Source: Adineta vaga
Taxonomy: Eukaryota > Animalia > Rotifera
Assembly (NCBI GenBank): GCA_021613535.1
Contig: CP075496.1
Span: 11,780,001-11,844,000 of the forward strand
Length of the DNA: 64,000 bases
Direction of reading: 5' to 3'
Part shown: positions 27,729-39,452 of the stretch, piece by piece
How positions within the stretch are numbered: the first letter of the stretch is position 1
How the letters are laid out: each line of letters opens with the position of its first letter
The notes under the pieces: model-generated
What the model was told of the DNA's origin: nothing
Seen by the model: only the letters and a program-made list of their open reading frames with translations
Database searches by the model: none
Program-made: the position numbers and the translations under genes

Positions 27729-28303
27729 ATGTATTCATATAACAATCAACAAAATAGTCCCCTCGCATATCCATATGTTAACCAACAAAATAGTCCAATT
27801 GCAAATCTGAACGGTAAACAACAGAATAGTCCCGTTGGATACGCATACGTTAATCAAGCAAATAATGCTATCGCATATCCATATGGTAACCGACAGAATC
27901 GCTTCGCTGCACATCCGTATGGTAACAGACAGAATCGTCTCGTTGCAAATGCGAATGGAAATCGACAAAATCGCCCAGTTGTACGCCCACGGCGACTTCA
28001 AAGTCTACATACTATACCAACACAAACAGGAACACCAAGATCTACTTTTCCTGAATTAGTTGGTCATCCTCCTCGAGTAGCTGCTACTTATATTTCTGCA
28101 CGAGGTTTGATTGTTCTTTTTTCAAAATGATACGTATTCGAAATGAACTTTTCTATATTATTTTCGCTTTATTTTTTAAGGCTATCATCCTTTCGTTATG
28201 ACAGCTGACGAACCAATAACTGCAGATATACGTATGGATCGTGTTCGCATTATTGTGGATCCGACACGGCAATTCGTCATCAAACCACCAAGCTGTCGGT
28301 TAG
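27729..28303 (+). CDS. Potato inhibitor I (I13, eglin/CI-2-like) protease inhibitor, copy 1, with an N-terminal 12-aa repeat extension
   Basis: TFPELVG..ARG/(intron 28105-28180)YHPFV..PITADIRMDRVRIIVD. The family-type PxVG-stop ending at 28303 needs one base removed; otherwise the frame reads to 28404. Confidence 0.85.
27738..27985 (+). repeat. Degenerate 36-bp (12-aa) coding tandem repeat, about 7 units
   Basis: Units YNNQQNSPLAYP / YVNQQNSPIANL / NGKQQNSPVGYA / YVNQANNAIAYP / YGNRQNRFAAHP / YGNRQNRLVANA / NGNRQNRPVVRP. Confidence 0.85.
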
Positions 28304-28712
28304 ATGAACCGATTATAGGATTTTTTCTTAAATCTGTCAGTTTCATACATTTGTCAATCATTCACGAAGGCAATATGTGTTCGACTGCATATGAATTAAT
28401 ATGACATCGATTTTTTATAAGAAACATTTTTTCTTACATAAAACTGTTATTTTCCAATAAACTAAGGAAAGGAACATATTGAAGTATTCTGAGAAAAGAT
28501 TGCCATATGAAAATCTATATCTAATCCGATGAAATGCATAATAATTGATATGAGTGAAGAAATATCTGTGACGTTTAGACACGTCATTCGAGCAGAAAAG
28601 AAATATTGTATGACATTGACGTCAGAGTACATCAACCAATCAACCATGCTATAACATCTGCTATATATTTCATTTATTTTCATTCAAGCAAATATTTCGA
28701 CAACAAAACACT

Positions 28713-29051
28713 ATGTATTCACGACGTAGATATCCAATGAATCAAATTTCTCATCCCAATCGAACACTAAATTTGATGACATCGTTTCCTACACAATCTT
28801 TAAATCAGCAAACATCTTTTCCTGAATTAGTCGGTCGTAGTTCTAGAGAAGCAGTAGCTTATCTATCTGCTCGAGGTATGACGTCTTTTTTCTTTCTAAT
28901 TCAATACTAGGAAAATAATTTTGTTTTAGGTTTGACACCAGTTCTAGTGAAACCAAATCAACCAATGACAATGGACTATAGAACTGATCGTGTTCGAGTC
29001 GTAACTGACCCATCAAGACGTGTAGTCATTGAAGTACCACACGTTGGTTAG
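28713..29051 (+). CDS. Potato inhibitor I family, copy 2
   Basis: TSFPELVGRSSREAVAYLSARG/LTPVLVKPNQPMTMDYRTDRVRVVTD..EVPHVG-stop. Confidence 0.9.
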
Positions 29052-29419
29052 AAGAAGATGATGTTTGTTTTTCTCAATATTCCATAAAACTTCTACGCTA
29101 CTATCCATAAATTGTTTCCCATATGGAAATTGTGAAAACGAACTTTTGAAGTACATTTTTATAGTCTGGATATGATTTTGAATAAGAACAAGTATTTAAT
29201 ATAAAGAATCACTGATGTCTAAATTTAATAAATTCTAATAGCTGAATAGTTAGATAATGTACGATTTTAATTATCGATTAAACAAGTAGACAAAAATTGA
29301 ATCAACTGAAAAAAGAATCTATACTGCTGCATATGAAAACTTTGTTTTCGTGGCCAAATTTCAGCAGTCATGACTTTCAAAATGTGTTGTTTCAATTTGT
29401 TTTCTTTCTTCATATTTTC

Positions 29420-29455
<36 letters not shown>

Positions 29456-29539
29456 CGCAAAATTCATCATTTGGAACATTTTGTTTCGTATTCATCAGTA
29501 GATTGTTAATTTCATTGAATAAAAGACAAAAAAAGTACC

Positions 29540-29877
29540 ATGTGTTTTTTAAGTCAAAAGACTCATCAAACAACTTCAATCTTAACTCACATTCCAACCT
29601 CACACACTACTATTCCCGCACGCACTGGAACACGTAAAACTGCCTTCCCTGAATTAGTTGGGCGTAGTCCGAGAGAAGCAATGACATATCTGGCTGCTCG
29701 AGGTATGAATTCTTTTTTTTTATACATCTTTTTCATCATGATGATGCCATTCAAGGTTTGAGACCAGTTCTTGTCTTACCTAATCAGCCAGTGTCAATGG
29801 ACTATAGAACTGATCGTGTCCGAGTTGTAACTGATCCGTCAAGACGTATGGTTATCGAAATACCTCGTATTGGTTAA
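29540..29877 (+). CDS. Potato inhibitor I family, copy 3
   Basis: KTAFPELVGRSPREAMTYLAARG/LRPVLVLPNQPVSMDYRTDRVRVVTD..EIPRIG-stop. Confidence 0.9.
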
Positions 29878-30546
29878 CTGAAAATATTTTACATCGCTAT
29901 TCGTCAATTATTTGTTTAACTATAATTTGTTTTCATAACATTTCTTCGTAAGCAAAAGTTAGAGATAAACATGCAAACTGATCTTAGATGTTTTCTTTTT
30001 TACTTAACAAATAAAATTAATTAGAAGGATTCCGATTAGGTCAACTAATATTGCATACATAACATGACGACGATGACGTCAATAATTTGTGTTTTGATTG
30101 TTTTTTTTCAATAATTGCAAAATTATGACATATCGCCTATAATTAACAATTTCAGAAATGACGAAGTGACTACTTCATTGAGGTACACTAGAGACAAACA
30201 ATGTTTTCGATTGCAAAAAGTTATATATAATAGCTTCCAACATCTGTTCAACTATAAAGAATTACTAAAGAGATTTTAAAACATACATTCAAAAATGTAC
30301 TACGCAATGCTTTTAAACAGTTAGAATTATTTGTGAAATATTTGTAGTAATGATTTCTTAATCATTATTTTATCCACCCACTTAAATATGATTATTTTTG
30401 TGATACTTTCTTTTCCGTTTTTCGTATTTCACATAGAGAAAGGCGTTAAATACGATAATCAACTGTAACATGTTATTTCGTATTCATTGACATACCTTTG
30501 ACTATAAAAACTGATTACCTTTGACTTAATTTATTCATTTTGTTGA

Positions 30547-30929
30547 ATGAAGCACGAATACAGTAATATGTCGCATACAACTTATCTATTTACACACGCA
30601 ACAGGATTACTTCCAAATCAAGCACCGATCGAACAAGTCAGCAGTAATGCACTTCCTCGATCAGTCAAAACTGAATTTCCTGAATTGGTTGGTGAAAGTG
30701 TTAAAAATGTCGTTGCTTATTTTACTGCTCGAGGTATGCGTGATAAATCGTTATTTGATAGATAATTCGTTAATCTAGGTTTGTCTTTTTATTATCTGCA
30801 GGATTGAAACCAGTACTAGTACAACGTAATCAGCACATGATTAAAGATTATAGACCTAATTATGTTCGTATTGTCACTGATCCATCAGGACGTGTCGTGA
30901 TTGATACACCAAGAATTGGATGGCTTTAA
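30547..30929 (+). CDS. Potato inhibitor I family, copy 4 (start may be the ATG at 30568)
   Basis: KTEFPELVGESVKNVVAYFTARG/LKPVLVQRNQHMIKDYRPNYVRIVTD..DTPRIGWL-stop. Confidence 0.88.
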
Positions 30930-31897
30930 AATTAATTTTTGAATTATATTCATATTTTTTTCATTCAAATAAACGTGAAATACTCAATATCCATGTAAAT
31001 GTTGATTATATAGAAGTAATTTATTCCGTGCGAGAATTTTGAATTAAAAGTAATTGATTAATACATTAAATATATAGTGGTATCTATATCTCTAGTAAGA
31101 TATATATTTCATGCAAATTATCTTTTATTTCTTTATTTTCTGATATAATATTTCAAAGAAAATAAAGATATGAGTAAATAGTGGAGAAAATACAAATACT
31201 TATTCACAACAATATATAGTTTTGTTCTTTTCTAATTCATTTCATTTCATCATCCATATTACGATCGCTATGGACAGAAGTGCTGAAGAAGCAGCTACAT
31301 TTATGATTTATCGTCATTTTAGTTGTATACTAATATTTAAATTCTTTGGTACAGGGTTTGGCTTTTGTCATTTTAAAACCGAACGATGCAGTGACTTTTA
31401 CTTATCAATCAAATCATGCAATGTTCATAGTGAATGCTACTGAAAATGTCGTAAATGAAACAACTTTCATATTTTCGGATTGAATTCTTCCTTTTCTAAT
31501 GAAACTAATTTGCATATATTATATACTCTTTTGATCTGAATTAAATTTTGTAATTCTATATTTAATATGCGCCTATTATAATCTGCTATTATACATGAAA
31601 ACACGTGACATCGCGAAGAATAACTGATCGTTTTTCTTACACAATGTGGAATACATTTGGAACGATACTTTTTTCAGAATAGATAATAGACACGCCGAAG
31701 ATTCTTTGACATTTATATGGAAACATGTCTACAAGTTGAAATTGAGTAGGATTTATGTTATAATTGAGTCAGACGGTTGATTTCTCACGATAAAATAGAT
31801 AACACATGTTTGCAACGAAAATAAAATAATAGCAATTTTTCGATATAAATATGGAATAAAATAATCAATTTAGACCGTCAACTAAATATATTTTAAA

Positions 31898-32983
31898 ATG
31901 TCCGTATGTACTTTTATCACTTGTGCTGTCCTTATTGGATCTATTTTCGGTAATCCCATCTCTGTATCAAACGACGATGGAATTAATTACGAATTATATG
32001 GTAAATCTAAATAGATATCATTCAATTGCATGAATTCAATTTCTTGTAGGTGGTGGATTCGAAGGTGATATGATTTTTCCTGAGGGATATGATCCAACAA
32101 CAGACCACGATGGTAGAGGTGTAGCTGCTTTTGGACCTCGTCAATGGCCAAACAATATCGTTCCTTATGATTTAACTTTAATTACAAGTACGATTGTTTT
32201 GCGAAAGATTTATCTAAAATAGAATTTATATTAAATCAATAGATGCTGCACATCGTACACTCATTGAACAAGCCATGGCCACCTTAATGAGTGTAACAAG
32301 TAGTACAGTTACTGGAACAGCAATACGCAAAGATTGTGTTACGTTTCGACCCAAAGCGGCAGGTGATGGAGTTTTTCTTAAAGTTCAATATGGAACTGGA
32401 TGTAGTGCATCGGTAAAATCATTAATGAAAGGAATTCATTTTATTATCAAATCAATCTTTTCGTCTTTTTGTTATAGGTTGGTTACGGTACGGGCGAACG
32501 AAGAATGACATTACAAGATCCTGGTTGTTTCCGATTGGGTACCATTCAACATGAACTTATACATGTTCTTGGTAAGTATAATTTGTAGTTAGTACAATAA
32601 ATTGGAATGATCTCTTGTCATGAATGAACAGGCTTTCATCATGAACAATCACGTCCTGATCGTGATTTATCTATTACTGTCAATTATGGTAATATTGAAT
32701 TGGGCAAAGTAAGTTTTCATTTGAAAGAGAAAACCCTTTCCTATATCAAACTTTTAAATTACTTAAGGAACATAACTTCAATAAATATACTTGGGGAAGC
32801 ACTGTTTTTAACCAAAATACACCTTACGATTATGTTAGTATTATGCACTATGGTCCAAATTCATTCTCAAAGAATGGTCAACCTACAATTGTACCCAAAG
32901 ATTCAAATGCAAAAATCGGTCAACGAGATAAACTTAGTGCAGTCGATATTGCAGAAATCCGTGCTTTCTATAAATGTTCGTAG
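31898..32983 (+). CDS. Secreted astacin (M12A) zinc metalloprotease
   Basis: Signal peptide, pro-peptide FEGDM, WPNNIVPY, zinc motif HELIHVLG/FHHEQSRPDRD and Met-turn SIMHYG. Confidence 0.93.
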
Positions 32984-33271
32984 GCTATGTTGAAATAAAA
33001 ACATGAAACTACTCATATGTCATACATTTCATATGAAATCTTTTCGTTTTTTTTCTTTTACTATTGACCATTATTTTCTATCGATAATTTTGTAACTGAA
33101 TCGATTGGATAATCTAAAACAATCAGTTATGGAGTACATCTCTCAAATTACATAACTTAATGGTATCTTTTCTTATTTTCACAACAATAATCAACTCATT
33201 TACCCTAGCAAAAATATAAATATTACAAGAAGAAGTATTCAACCATATCGTGTACACAATAGAATATAAAA

Positions 33272-33871
33272 ATGCACATGTACATGGGCAGAGCAATTGC
33301 TCCAATATTATCATGTAATGAAGAGAGTGCAGCATGGTTATCTCGACAAGAACGTTGGTTCGAAGAACAACCACAACTTCTTCTCGATGCTCTATCTATA
33401 CGACAAGGTATGACAATAGCTGATATTGGAGCAGGAACTGGATTTATGACAATACAATTAGCACATCGTGTTGGTCGTCGAGGATCAGTTTTTGCTTCGG
33501 ATTTACAACCTCAAATGCTTGATGTATTATCTAATCAACCAGATCTTCCTGCTAATGTAATTCCGATTCTATCAACACCTTATGATACTCGTCTACCAGT
33601 GAATACATTTGATCTAATCTTACTAGTCGATGTATATCATGAAACTCCAAGACCCGATCTTCTACTGAAAGGATTACGACGAGCTTTGAAACCTAATGGA
33701 CGATTAGCTCTTGTCGAATATCGAAAAGAAGATTCACGAATACCTATCAATTCATATCATAAAATGAGTGCTAGACAAGCCACTCTAGAACTTCAAACAA
33801 ATCGTTTTAGGTTGATACAGCGATATGAACATCTACCATGGCAACATCGACTTATTTTTATGAAACGATAA
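33272..33871 (+). CDS. Class I SAM-dependent methyltransferase of bacterial type, intronless
   Basis: YMGRAIA..AAWL.R.ER..EE.P N-terminus, SAM motif IADIGAGTG, DLQPQML, VDVYHE, LKPNGRLALVEYR and a terminal LPWQH. Confidence 0.85.
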   Translation: MHMYMGRAIAPILSCNEESAAWLSRQERWFEEQPQLLLDALSIRQGMTIADIGAGTGFMTIQLAHRVGRRGSVFASDLQPQMLDVLSNQPDLPANVIPILSTPYDTRLPVNTFDLILLVDVYHETPRPDLLLKGLRRALKPNGRLALVEYRKEDSRIPINSYHKMSARQATLELQTNRFRLIQRYEHLPWQHRLIFMKR

Positions 33872-34196
33872 TTGATCTTTCAAGAATATCTGTTTTGATA
33901 CTTTTTTCTATCTTCGAAATATAGCAGCTGGTCAAATATAACGATTGAAACAATTTTTTCAAAAAATAACATAGAAAGATTTAAACTCTCCAGAAATTCT
34001 TCTTAGTATACATTGACATACAGACTGCAATGACTAAACTCATAGAATAAAAACTAAAGTATTCTAGTAAAAATTGAAAACGCATTATCATCATTATAAA
34101 TCATGTGAATATATTCAGCTGTTTATCATCATCCATCGATTTTACCTTTATATTTCTCGAATCAAACTCATATTCACTATCTACAATAGTTAAAAT

Positions 34197-35918
34197 ATGC
34201 TTTTTATATTGTTAATAACTTTAACGATTGTTTCTGCTCATCAGAACAATCCATTTATGTGTCCTGATGGTTATTCAAATTATCTTCCTGTAAAATTACC
34301 TTCAAGTTGGATAAATGGATCAGCAAATTGTTTCGAAAAAGATGCCACAAGACCAGATTTAGATATATTTGCTGTTAATAATGATACATATATTTTACGT
34401 GAAAATAAATGTATTAATTATGAAGCACCATTTATGTATTTACTTTTTGGTAATGATACTGTCCTATTAATTGATAGTGGAGCAACAGTTTCATTTGTTT
34501 CCTTACCAATTCAACAACATGTCGAAACGCTAATACTTCATTGGTGTGTTGCTCATAAAAAAGCTCGTGAAGATGTTGAATTAGTTGTTGCTCATACACA
34601 TAATCATGATGATCATACAGCTGGTGATGCACAATTTCAATATAAACTTTTCACTACTGTTGTTGGAACAAATGTAACAGAAGTAAGTCGATTTTTTCAA
34701 TTAGACGATTGGCCAAATACGATTGGTTCATATCCACTTGATAGTCAACGTCAATTAGCCATTATACCAATACCTGGTCATGAAAATGCTTCTATTGCTT
34801 TCTATGATTGTGCAACAGGTTTATTAATCACAGGCGATTCATTATTACCTGGACGTCTATACATAGGAAATTTTTCTGCTAATGTAGATTCTATTTCACG
34901 TCTAGTCAATTTTATTGAATCAAATCGTATCAATGTAACATCAATACTTGGTGCACATATTGAAATGACTCAACAAAATACAACTGATTATCCAAAAGGT
35001 GCAACATATCAACCGAAAGAACGTTTATTGAATATGTCCTTAGAACAATTACATCAATTGAATAATGAATTACAACAACAATGGAAAGATGGTTTTAATC
35101 ATCGACATAAAGTTTATTATGATACATTTATATTTGATCCTAAACCATCAGAATTACCACCATTAACACCTGGTGAACGTGTTTCAGTTCATGGTTTTAT
35201 TATATTACCATTAGATCAATTAGGTTATGTTTGGATATCACATAAACCAATGTTTCGTGCACCACATGATTTTCAACTTGCTTTTCTTGGATTAGTTACT
35301 AATTCAACAGTTAATCCATTACCATTACCAACGAATATAACTCAATTAAGTAATCAATTTACCATTGAACCATTACAACAATGGTCATTAAATGATTTAA
35401 TTAATGGTAATATAACAAACTTTCGAACGAAATTATATACAGGCAATTTCGAACAAGGTGGTCGATATTTATGTGATGTAACAATTAATATTATTCGACC
35501 ATTATTAACTGTTGTTCAATTGAATGAAACAGAAGTTGAATCTTATCAACCAGTAAGTTATTCAAGTTATCTTCTATCCAATTCGACACTTACAACAGAT
35601 AATCGTATTCATGTTTATTTACTTCATCAAATTCGTGTTCAACCTGATTTTGATTCGATTGTTCACGCTACTATTAATCCAGCTGATTGTACAACGGACA
35701 TTGATCGAAATCAATTAAGTAATTTATTACAACAAAATGGTAATCAATGGGCATTTCCTGGTATTGAAAATGATATTGGTGATCGTCTTACACGAGCATC
35801 AGGATCAGTACGTGCACAATTACTTGGTGATATTTATAATACAATATGTAAGATAAATGTTGTCGCAGAAATTCAATGCACAATTGGACCTGATTTTTAT
35901 GAAGATTGTAACGTTTAA
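34197..35918 (+). CDS. Secreted metallo-beta-lactamase-fold hydrolase with an additional C-terminal domain, intronless
   Basis: Signal peptide; LLIDSG, HTHNHDDHTAGD (HxHxDH), IPGH, ITGDSL and LGAH metal ligands. The second domain begins VHGFII..SHKPMF.APHDFQ. Confidence 0.85.
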   Translation: MLFILLITLTIVSAHQNNPFMCPDGYSNYLPVKLPSSWINGSANCFEKDATRPDLDIFAVNNDTYILRENKCINYEAPFMYLLFGNDTVLLIDSGATVSFVSLPIQQHVETLILHWCVAHKKAREDVELVVAHTHNHDDHTAGDAQFQYKLFTTVVGTNVTEVSRFFQLDDWPNTIGSYPLDSQRQLAIIPIPGHENASIAFYDCATGLLITGDSLLPGRLYIGNFSANVDSISRLVNFIESNRINVTSILGAHIEMTQQNTTDYPKGATYQPKERLLNMSLEQLHQLNNELQQQWKDGFNHRHKVYYDTFIFDPKPSELPPLTPGERVSVHGFIILPLDQLGYVWISHKPMFRAPHDFQLAFLGLVTNSTVNPLPLPTNITQLSNQFTIEPLQQWSLNDLINGNITNFRTKLYTGNFEQGGRYLCDVTINIIRPLLTVVQLNETEVESYQPVSYSSYLLSNSTLTTDNRIHVYLLHQIRVQPDFDSIVHATINPADCTTDIDRNQLSNLLQQNGNQWAFPGIENDIGDRLTRASGSVRAQLLGDIYNTICKINVVAEIQCTIGPDFYEDCNV

Positions 35919-36129
35919 CAATAGAAGAGAAAAAAAACTCGTCGATTTCGATCTTTTTCAACAATTAGTATATATTTCTATTTGATAATAAAAAAATAAA
36001 CTCTACAAGATTTGTTATCGTAAAAACTTATCTTTTCATCTTGACTAGATAAATACAGTAGTTAAAAAAAATAAAGAAGAGGAAGGCCTATCGGACAAAA
36101 CTAGTATCTGATTAAAACAAAAACAAGAT

Positions 36130-37471
36130 CTATTTTTTAAATCGTTTTCCAGATGATGTTGTGTCTTTCAACATATAATCTTCGATGGAACTTTGGCCAC
36201 GTTTTCCAGGTGATTTTTTTGTCTTTTTCAAAATAGGTTCAGAAAGATATTGACTGGAAGATTCTTGTCTAATGACAAATGAATCAAGTGTAGTGCGATT
36301 TGATGATATTATTTTACTAAAAGTTGAGAACATACATAAATCAATTCAGATATAGTAATAATACCTATTCTGATCAATTGTCAATGGTCGAATATTGTTT
36401 ATTTCATTCGTTTTTGTTGACCCAATACTTGCTGATACACGATACATTTGAATATCATCACGTGGTTCAAGTAATGGAAGAACCTAGTAGAGACTAATCA
36501 ATTATTGTCATCGAAGAAGTTTTAATTATACTTTTTCTGTATCATATCGACCAAAATCAAGCCATTGATCAATTTCTTGTTGTGTGATTAATATAGCCTA
36601 GAAATAATCAAGTTCTAATTGTTAATAATACTGTTCCTTTTCATTACCGGCATTCGAATATGTACATTTAGCATTGTTTCACTAGCATCAACAGTACAAA
36701 TTGTACATGAATACAATGGATCAGTCTAAATAGTATATACATACCAATAGTTTGGATAAGACTGATAGATTGAAAATTTACTTCACAATATCGATTGATA
36801 TCAAAAATACCAGCCATAGCTAAGAATGGTAATTTATCTGGATTTTCTTGTTTGATTTTCTCCAAAACATTCTCAGCATCTATATTTGGATAATGTTTTT
36901 CATGAATAAACGGTTCTGTTTCATAGATGAAATACGGTGTTTTAGCTACATTCTTTTTCCATTCGAAAAAACTAAATTTAATCAAATAAATTACAATCTT
37001 ACATCGTGAACAAGCAGAAGAATTATTCACCCTTCAGCAAGAATAACACATCGTTTCCCATTTTGAAATGGTACTTTAAATGTTGGCTTTTCTTCGATCG
37101 TTTCTACTCGACAATTATTTAAAATAGGTTTATATTCAGCTAAATTTCCTCTATGATAATGTGGTACTAATGACCAACGCATTGAACAAAGAACACGTGT
37201 TGCTGAATCTTCAGTTTCATCCAAATGTTTTGCTGAAATTAAACAAAGACTAGAATCAAAAACATCAATCTCCGAAATTTTCGTTTTCGAAAATGATTTC
37301 AATCTACCATGTGGATGTTGGTGACAGATTCCAACTTGCTCGGAAAGGTTGTGTTGAAGACATGAGATCAATAAATGGTGGTAAAGTTGTTTCTTGTGTT
37401 TGTGAATTCATATAAGTCGACAGACGACGAACAACATCTGGCGCTAGTCCACAAGCAAAACGTCCACACAT
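36130..37471 (-). CDS. HMCES: Abasic-site processing protein (SRAP domain)
   Basis: N-terminal MCGRF (catalytic Cys2), MRWSLVP, NNCRVE, RCVILAEG/FFEWK, LAMAGIFD and IHIRMP/AIL. Confidence 0.93.
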
Positions 37472-37730
37472 ACTTTTCTGAAAAGAAAATCTTTCACAGG
37501 AATGAAACGCGTATTGCTTTATTTATTATTTCGATAAAAAACAAAACAAAAAAGAGAGATTTTTCCGCACGTATGTTCTTGATTAATAGAAATACAATTG
37601 TTTAATTAGTTTTTTATTGCAAAATGAAAAAGAGAACGATGTGTTTTTTATCTTTCTAAATACATATATAATAGACAGACATGATGAACGTATAGAATAG
37701 ATTGATAAATAAAAACCATAACGAATATTA

Positions 37731-38180
37731 TTAAATAGATAAACCAAAGACGGAAACAATTGCGTATAGATGTTTGTTTTCCCAACTAAATCAAAACAAA
37801 ACTAGAATCATTTAACATGATTTCATCCCTAAGATTTCTTACCGAACTGTGCAACTACCATCAGTTGTATTATCCCAATAACATGAACTAGCTGTATGTA
37901 AACCTGCTCCATTCTTTTGCATGATCACCTAGAAATAAATAGAAGAAAAAAAGAACATTTTAATCGAAACGAAACGAAAAGGATGTCATACCGCTTGTAC
38001 AATATATTTAAATGGTTTGCCCAATTTTGTCAATTCAGTTAAAACATGATCAACAATATCTGCTGTCCATCGATTGACTTTATTATGTTGATAAGAATTT
38101 CCTCCAATAATTCTTTCAATTGTATCTTTGATTATATTTGAAACTTCATCTATAACGAATGATGTATCTTCGCCACTCAT
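37731..38180 (-). CDS. DYNLT1: Dynein light chain Tctex-type 1
   Basis: LTKLGKPFKYIVQA/VIMQKNGAGLHTASSCYWDNTTDGSCTVR/WENKHLYAIVSVFGLSI-stop. Confidence 0.93.
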
Positions 38181-39452
38181 TACTTCAGTTAATCTAAAAT
38201 ACAAAATAAGGAAAAAGAAGCTAAAAAACTACAAAACGTTCTTGTGTCTTCTTTTCATATGGAGAGAGAGAGAGAGAGAAAGAAGAAGAACAAGAACACA
38301 TTGCATAACAAGGACATTCTTATCCTTTTTTTTTATAGATTTTTTTCTCCCTCTTGCTTTTTTTACCACCTACTTCTTCATCCATTTCTTTTTTGCTATT
38401 GACATAACAAAATAAAGAGACAGGGACTATAAAAAAATAATGTCTACAATAGTTTGCCTTGAGAAAAGATGAGTATACGCGAAAATGAAGAGATACGTAT
38501 AAATTGTAGTTCAACATATCATTGAAAAAGAATGAAAAATGGTAATAAAACATTCATCATGGACATAAATCCTTATTAAAATAAAAGTTACAAAAAGAGA
38601 AAGAGGCAAAATATCTGTCTTGGATGTTTATTACATATATCGAATATCTATCGACATCGATTTTATAATATAATTGAGAAGTATCAATACTTCTTCTTCT
38701 TCCTCTGCTCGTCAGTATCCTAATCCTTTCGCCCTTTTTCTTTGTCGACAGAGAAAATTTCCAACAACGGACCCCTAGGGATTGAACAACAACAAAATGT
38801 TGAAATCGATATGTGACCGCTCGTCACTTCATTATTGTTCCTTACATTCTTCTCTACTCTCGTTATACTCTCTCTCCTTAGTTGACCTCTTCCTTACCTC
38901 CTCAGTAACATCGGATCACGAGGTAATAAGGCACGCTAGTCTATAGTCATTGTCCTATTGTTCAATAGATTCTTTTTTTCTTTTCTTTGTCATTCGATTT
39001 CTTTTTTTTTTAACGTGTCTGTCATTTCTCTCATAACCTTTGTTCAATGAACAAACGAAATAATGTTCTCTTCTAATTTACTACTCTATATCTTTGCAAC
39101 AATCTATCATTATTAATTACCATACAATACATGTACACTTTAGTATAAAAAGAAAAAAGAGCGATGCATGAAACACGTGTGCATATGTGAAATAACAATG
39201 GATTATATTATAAATCGTTACAAACTCTTTTTGCTTTCATTTGATTGGTAAATAAACAACCTAAGCGCGACTATCAATGTCGAAAAAAGTCTTCTCATAA
39301 AGGTTAAAGACAAGATAAAAAATAGTCCAATAAAAATCAATAGTGAATATAGCATAGCATTGCATTGCGTTTGCAAACTTTTTCATTTCATCGTCCTAAC
39401 CTTGACCAGTACTTTTGTTTTCTAGAAACTTTTCCTTTCTTCAAAACAAAAC

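Noticed and set aside
27738-27985. CRISPR-like array (36-bp period)
   Set aside because: Units are contiguous, degenerate and in-frame coding repeats, with no unique spacers and no cas genes.
28280-28404. Novel C-terminal extension on inhibitor copy 1
   Set aside because: Removing one A in ccaccaagct restores the family ending P-A-V-G-stop, so a sequencing error or recent indel is more likely than a real domain.
27729-32983. Protease inhibitors next to an astacin as a cognate enzyme-inhibitor module
   Set aside because: I13 inhibitors act on serine proteases, not metzincins. The astacin is secreted while the inhibitors lack signal peptides.
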